From NCBI GenBank assembly GCA_050949565.1, contig JBMNFY010000004.1:32001-96000 (forward strand): a stretch of 64,000 nt of DNA, written 5' to 3'. This document shows positions 59,614 through 64,000 of this stretch, in pieces; the stretch's first letter is position 1, and the number at the start of each line of letters is the position of its first letter. The stretch comes from Kiritimatiellia bacterium (GTDB lineage Bacteria; Verrucomicrobiota; Kiritimatiellia; RFP12; UBA1067). The position numbers and the translations under genes were made by a program. The notes beneath the pieces were generated by a model. That model had not been told where the DNA came from and ran no database searches. It saw nothing but the letters and a program-made list of their open reading frames with translations.

Positions 59614-60207
59614 GTGACTTGCGATTCTGATTCATTGTATGCCCGCGCGGCGGATTTGTTGCGAGCGGGCGGTGTGGTGATTATCCCGACAGACACCGTT
59701 TACGGCATTGCGGCGCATCCGGCGTGCGCCGATGCCGTGGTGCGTATTTGTACGATCAAAGGACGCCCGTCCGGCAAACCGGTCGCGTTGCTCGCAGCCG
59801 ATCTCGCCGCCGTGCTTGCCTACGGGGCGGCGTTGCCGCCCGCCGCACGACGTCTGGCGACACGCTTTTGGCCGGGTGCGCTGACGCTGGTGTTGACGTG
59901 TGATGACGGTCGCGAGGAGGGGTTCCGCGTGCCTGATCACGTTGCGACGTGTCGTCTGTTGGCGGCCTGCGGCGGAACGCTCAGGGTGACCAGCGCCAAC
60001 CTGAGCGGTGCGATGCCCGCAGTCAGTGCTGTCGAAGCATTGCGGGATGTCGGGCTCGAAGCCGATATGGTCATTGACGGCGGGGTCTGCCCGGGCGGCG
60101 TGGCGAGCAGCGTGGTGCGTGTCCGCCCGGATGGCACGCTGGAGATTCTGCGCGAAGGCGCGATTGATGCTGAGACGATTCAGGGAGAAGTAATAGGTAA
60201 TAGGTGA
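59614..60207 (+). CDS. tsaC: L-threonylcarbamoyladenylate synthase
   Basis: PTDTVYG, KGRP..KP, FWPGALT, RVPDH, TSANLSG. Confidence 0.92.
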   Translation: MTCDSDSLYARAADLLRAGGVVIIPTDTVYGIAAHPACADAVVRICTIKGRPSGKPVALLAADLAAVLAYGAALPPAARRLATRFWPGALTLVLTCDDGREEGFRVPDHVATCRLLAACGGTLRVTSANLSGAMPAVSAVEALRDVGLEADMVIDGGVCPGGVASSVVRVRPDGTLEILREGAIDAETIQGEVIGNR

Positions 60208-60330
60208 GAGGTTCCTATGGGAGGGACGAGCGTTGCTCGTCCGCGGCGGCGTTCCACGCCGCCTCACCCGCAGTACCGGCAGTGCCCGCAGCCAGCCCCT
60301 CAAAAAATCTGCGTCAATCTGTGGTTGAAA

Positions 60331-60368
60331 CAAAAAAAGCGCTCCGGAAATTTCCGGAACGCTTTTTC
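60331..60368. terminator. Bidirectional intrinsic terminator between tsaC and rpsU
   Basis: aaaaaaagcgctccggaaatttccggaacgcttttt hairpin with A/T tracts on both sides. Confidence 0.8.
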
Positions 60369-60390
60369 ATTGGGTGACAACCCTGTCCGC

Positions 60391-60597
60391 TTACATCTCG
60401 CGCATGGCTCTGCGAGAATTATTACGGATGCGGGCGCGTGCCGATTTACGGCGAGCCTTCTCACTCGGTTTCTCGTAATAACGATTATTGCGAAGCTGCT
60501 TCAACAGGCCTTCCTTATCCATAATCTTCTTCAGGCGCTTGAGAGCACGCTCGACAGACTCGCCCTTCTTCAATCGGAGTTGGATCACGCTTGTCAC
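60391..60597 (-). CDS. rpsU: 30S ribosomal protein S21
   Basis: ESVERALKRLKK, YYEKPSE; GTG start with aggag RBS. Confidence 0.93.
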   Translation of the reverse strand: MTSVIQLRLKKGESVERALKRLKKIMDKEGLLKQLRNNRYYEKPSEKARRKSARARIRNNSRRAMREM

Positions 60598-60659
60598 CTC
60601 CTTTCATCCCCCGTGTCTCGGCACTAATCTCTCCTACGCCGGACCTCGGGTCAAAAAAA

Positions 60660-60745
60660 TGGTGGTAGGGCTTGGATTCGAACCAAGGAAGGCGTCTGCC
60701 AGCAGATTTACAGTCTGCCCCGGTTGGCCACTTCGGTACCCTACC
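60660..60745 (-). tRNA. tRNA-Tyr(GTA)
   Basis: GGTAGGG acceptor stem, GCAGA-CTGTAAA-TCTGC, long variable arm, CCA end. Confidence 0.97.
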
Positions 60746-60761
60746 CGTCAAAAGAGCCGTC

Positions 60762-60790
60762 ACTATCTCAAATCGGCGTGCGTATGTCAA
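60762..60790 (-). promoter_or_regulatory. Sigma70 promoter for tRNA-Tyr/rpsU
   Basis: TTGACA-17 nt-GATAGT on the minus strand. Confidence 0.65.
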
Positions 60791-60945
60791 CGCGGAACGT
60801 GATTTTTTTGCGGGGCCGCGGAGCAGTGTGGCCGCAAAAGCACTGTCCGGTTGTTTCATGCGAAGGCGCGAAAGGCATGGTGGCCTGAAAGGTCATTTCA
60901 AAATCGTTTCCGTTTGTTTCGCGCCGCTTGTGCAGCCCGTTTTCA

Positions 60946-61445
60946 TCATTTGTTGTGTGACAATATCTGTTTTAAGGTTTCGTAGATGTCCTCGGGATTC
61001 TCAATATCCCTGACATACACACCCCGGCATTGGGACCTTGCCCGGCTGTTTTCAGAATAATAGTTCCGAGCCCATATTTCTTCTGGATGATCCCTCTGGT
61101 CATACTGATTTCTTGGATGTTGTCGAAACCAATGCTCTTGTTTTCGACATTAAGAAACCCTTCAGCGTATTCCAGCCGGTCGTCGAAGAGCCGATACTCG
61201 GTTTGGGAATATGTGTTTTTCTTTAACACATAAGCAACGAAGGGGATAGCGAAGACAAACAGAATGAAGGCAAGACCAAAGGCAATTTTGATGGGTATTG
61301 GGATGCCACCGTTGGTAATGTGATTCGCAAAGAAACCGAATGCCAGCATGCCGACACCACCAATCACGGAATTGATTGCGATGGGAAAAACAGACATCCA
61401 GCCAAGGAACCTAGGCTTCAATACGAGTTTTGCTTCAGTCTTCAT
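60946..61445 (-). pseudogene. bPH_2 (PH-domain) membrane protein, apparently frameshifted near the 3' end
   Basis: Two TMs, TEYRLFDDRLE, QKKYGLGTIILKTAG; the expected DIENPEDIY tail is in another frame after (GT)3 at 61017-61022. Confidence 0.65.
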
Positions 61446-61512
61446 TTTCAACCTCGTTCAGCCACCCGCTTCTCGCAATAGGTGTTTTTGGTGCTTCCGC
61501 CTGTGATCTTTT

Positions 61513-62499
61513 TCAGTTGGGAGCTAGCGCCTCGACTTCACGGCGCATGCGCGCGAGATCGTCCGGCTCGATTGTCACTGCGCCCGCACCGGCATTTTCA
61601 ATTGCGTTGGCGGTTTTGCGCGCACCGCACAGCACGACCGTGATACCGGGCTGTGCGACGGTCCACGCGATCACGAGTTGGGCCACCGTGCATCCGTATT
61701 TCTCGTTGAGCGGTTGCCAGCCCGCCAGCAGATTCAGCACGCCGCGTCGACGCTCCGGCGCGAACCAGGAGAGTTGGTTGCGGAAGTACTCCGGCGGGAA
61801 GACCGTGTCCATCCCGACCTTGCCGGTGAGCAGGCCCTGCTCCAGCGGCGAGTAGGCCAAGATGGCGATGTCGTGTTCGATGCAGTACGGCAGCAGGTCG
61901 TTCTCGATGGTGCGGTCGAGCATGCTGTAACGCGGCTGGTTGGATACGATCACGCCGGCCGCGCGGTACTCGTCCATTTGTGCCGGTGTACAGTTCGAGA
62001 CGCCGATCTCGCGGATTTTACCTTGCTCACGCAACTCCATCAGACAGGCCATCGTGTCCTCGATCGGAGTCTTGAATGGCTCCAGCGCTTGCGCGTGCGT
62101 CTGCATCAAGTCGATGCGGTCGGTGCCCAACCGGCGCAAGCTGTCTTCGACCTCAATGCGGAGGGTGCGGGGCTCCAGACAGCGGCGCACCGTCTTGCCG
62201 TTTTGCTCAAAGTGCAGCGCGCCGGTGTCGTCGCCCCACCAGAGGCCGCACTTGGTGGCAATCAGAACATCGTCACGCCGGTCTGCGATCGCGCGTCCGA
62301 CGATCTCTTCGCTATGACCAAAGCCGTAGACCGGCGCGGTGTCGATCAAGTTGATTCCCGCGTCCAGTGAGGCGTGGATGGCGCGGATCGATTCGGCATC
62401 GTCCGATTCTCCCCACCACGGACCGCCTCCGACCGCCCATGTGCCCAAGGCGACGACCGACGCCTTCAACTCCGATTGACCCAATTGACGATAGTTCAT
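61513..62499 (-). CDS. Aldo/keto reductase
   Basis: LGTWAVGG, DTAPVYGFGHSE, SLRRLGTDRIDL, IGVSN, YSPLEQGLLTGK; start MNYRQLG. Confidence 0.93.
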   Translation of the reverse strand: MNYRQLGQSELKASVVALGTWAVGGGPWWGESDDAESIRAIHASLDAGINLIDTAPVYGFGHSEEIVGRAIADRRDDVLIATKCGLWWGDDTGALHFEQNGKTVRRCLEPRTLRIEVEDSLRRLGTDRIDLMQTHAQALEPFKTPIEDTMACLMELREQGKIREIGVSNCTPAQMDEYRAAGVIVSNQPRYSMLDRTIENDLLPYCIEHDIAILAYSPLEQGLLTGKVGMDTVFPPEYFRNQLSWFAPERRRGVLNLLAGWQPLNEKYGCTVAQLVIAWTVAQPGITVVLCGARKTANAIENAGAGAVTIEPDDLARMRREVEALAPN

Positions 62500-62524
62500 G
62501 ATTTTTCGATCCTTTTTGTTCTCT

Positions 62525-62625
62525 GAGGGGCTTGCAAAACCCCTTGTGACATGGGCGTCCCGCCCATGAAACACGGGCAAGATGCCCGTGCCACACCTGT
62601 AAGCAAGGGGTTTTGCAAGAGCCTC
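62525..62625. repeat. Second copy of the MITE-like shell with one REP doublet
   Basis: gaggggcttgcaaaacccctt ... aaggggttttgcaagagcctc around gtgacatgggcgtcccgcccatg..cacgggcaagatgcccgtgccac. Confidence 0.88.
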
Positions 62626-62632
62626 CTCTGTT

Positions 62633-64000
62633 CTAACGGCTCTTGGTGTACGCTTCCATCAAGGTATGGTACTTGACGATCATGTTCGGCACTTCCCACG
62701 CCGGCATGTCGCCGTTTTTGAGGAAGCCGAGGTATTTCTCCATAACTTGCCCGAAGTGCGCTTCGTGGCCGACCGCGTAGCTTGCCGGAATGTTGATGCG
62801 CCAGCCGGTCTCGTGCGCTTCGAAGCCGACGCCAGGATAGGTTTTGTTCAACGTAGCGATTGCCTCCTTGAGGGCGGCTTCCAGTTCGTCTTTCTTGACG
62901 TCCGGCACGCGGCGGGGCTCGACGTAGAGCACGGGCTTGTATCCTTCGGCCTCGCCCTGCTGGATAATCAGCGAGGAGCGCGTGCCGCGCATCAGCGAGA
63001 AGTGCGTGTCGCCCGTGCCCTCCGGAGCCTGGAAATTCCAGAGCACAGAGGCTTTGGCGTAGACGCCTTTGATCGAATAGGTGAACTCACCGTTTGCCTT
63101 GCACTGCAGCACGCCCTTGTCATCCAGATCTTTCTTCAGGAAGTCCGGCCAGGCGGTGAGCGAAGTGGAGGTCGTGAACTGCTCCAGGGTGATCGGCGTG
63201 CTCCAGACGCGCGCCTTCACCACGTTGATGTCGGCGGGTGTCAAGGTGACTTCCGGGAACGTTTCCCACTGGATCAGGTCGGTGAGGTGAGTGTTGACGT
63301 CGACGATCGCCTCGCCCTGCTGGGTGGTGTCGTAGTACCACGGCGGGCGCTGCAGCGGCTTGCCGGCCACCAGCTTGCAGAAGTGGTGTACGCTCTCTTT
63401 GGTCACCGCCGGATCATCGGGCGTTCCCTTTTCCTGCTCGCCGTAAACCTTGGGGAAGCGGGAGAGTTCGCGTTGCAGCAGGGTGGTGATCTCGTAGCGC
63501 TCGGTCATGATGTCGTAGAGCATCACGCCCTTCTCGCGCGCCACGTCGAACGCCTGCTTGAGCAGTTCAAAATCTTTGGGTGTGATAGCCATCGGCTTGT
63601 CGGCCAGCACGTTGTAGCCGGCCTGCACACTCTTGAGGATGTACTCGGTTTTGCGCGCATTGTTGCCGGCGAGCACCACGACGTTGCCGGCTTTATCCGC
63701 CAGCATCTTTTCAAAGAAATCCGCACCGGTGTAGACCTCGCTCTTCCAGGCGGTCGGCTCTTCGGCACGCGTGTTGAAGCCATTGATCCGGTCCATGTGC
63801 ATCTTGAGGTCGTTGCCTTCCGGCGCATAAACATGCACGGTGGGCGAGACTCCGGGATACATGCGCTTCTGAACCAGTGCGGCATGGAAATGCCCGGGGT
63901 CGAGCGTGATGAGTTTGATGGTGCCCTCGCAACAAGATTTGCCGCTGCTGGCTTCGGATTTTTTGCCACAACCGGCAAGCAGCACGGCGGCGGCACTGGC
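62633..64000 (-). CDS. Putative oxidoreductase lipoprotein (Gfo/Idh/MocA-like), 5' end outside the window
   Basis: LLAGC lipobox, LDPGHFHAALVQK, ADKP, YDIMTER, GHEAHF. Confidence 0.8.
   Translation of the reverse strand, partial: ASAAAVLLAGCGKKSEASSGKSCCEGTIKLITLDPGHFHAALVQKRMYPGVSPTVHVYAPEGNDLKMHMDRINGFNTRAEEPTAWKSEVYTGADFFEKMLADKAGNVVVLAGNNARKTEYILKSVQAGYNVLADKPMAITPKDFELLKQAFDVAREKGVMLYDIMTERYEITTLLQRELSRFPKVYGEQEKGTPDDPAVTKESVHHFCKLVAGKPLQRPPWYYDTTQQGEAIVDVNTHLTDLIQWETFPEVTLTPADINVVKARVWSTPITLEQFTTSTSLTAWPDFLKKDLDDKGVLQCKANGEFTYSIKGVYAKASVLWNFQAPEGTGDTHFSLMRGTRSSLIIQQGEAEGYKPVLYVEPRRVPDVKKDELEAALKEAIATLNKTYPGVGFEAHETGWRINIPASYAVGHEAHFGQVMEKYLGFLKNGDMPAWEVPNMIVKYHTLMEAYTKSR

Overview
High-GC bacterial chromosome segment. 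Gene content and protein styles suggest the PVC superphylum, most likely Kiritimatiellota/Lentisphaerota (inference, not a database result). It holds a type II secretion operon (gspE-F-G-H-I-J-K-L-M-D) followed by a large surface-type protein and a four-helix-bundle (23S-IVS-protein/Avd-like) gene. Core genes follow: rplM-rpsI, a DEAD-box helicase, hisD, secG, an FMN-riboswitch-controlled ribBA-ribH-nusB-ribD-ribE-pfkB operon, and envelope genes (epimerases, waaA, GT2). There is also a block of exported carbohydrate/redox enzymes (FAD oxidoreductase, HzsA-like/FGE cytochrome, GH95, GH2), a GHKL ATPase, tsaC, rpsU, tRNA-Val and tRNA-Tyr. The most unusual signal is non-coding. About ten families of 6-16-nt short tandem repeats follow a consistent polarity: one orientation just after stop codons, the complement just before starts. 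Several REP/REPIN-like palindrome families are nested into mosaics. The four-helix-bundle gene sits inside three hairpin arrays of one tandem family. Repeats are also translated in frame inside the cleavable leaders of pseudopilins GspK and GspJ, and one composite element occurs twice with its inner segment flipped. No transposase, integrase, reverse transcriptase or CRISPR array was seen.
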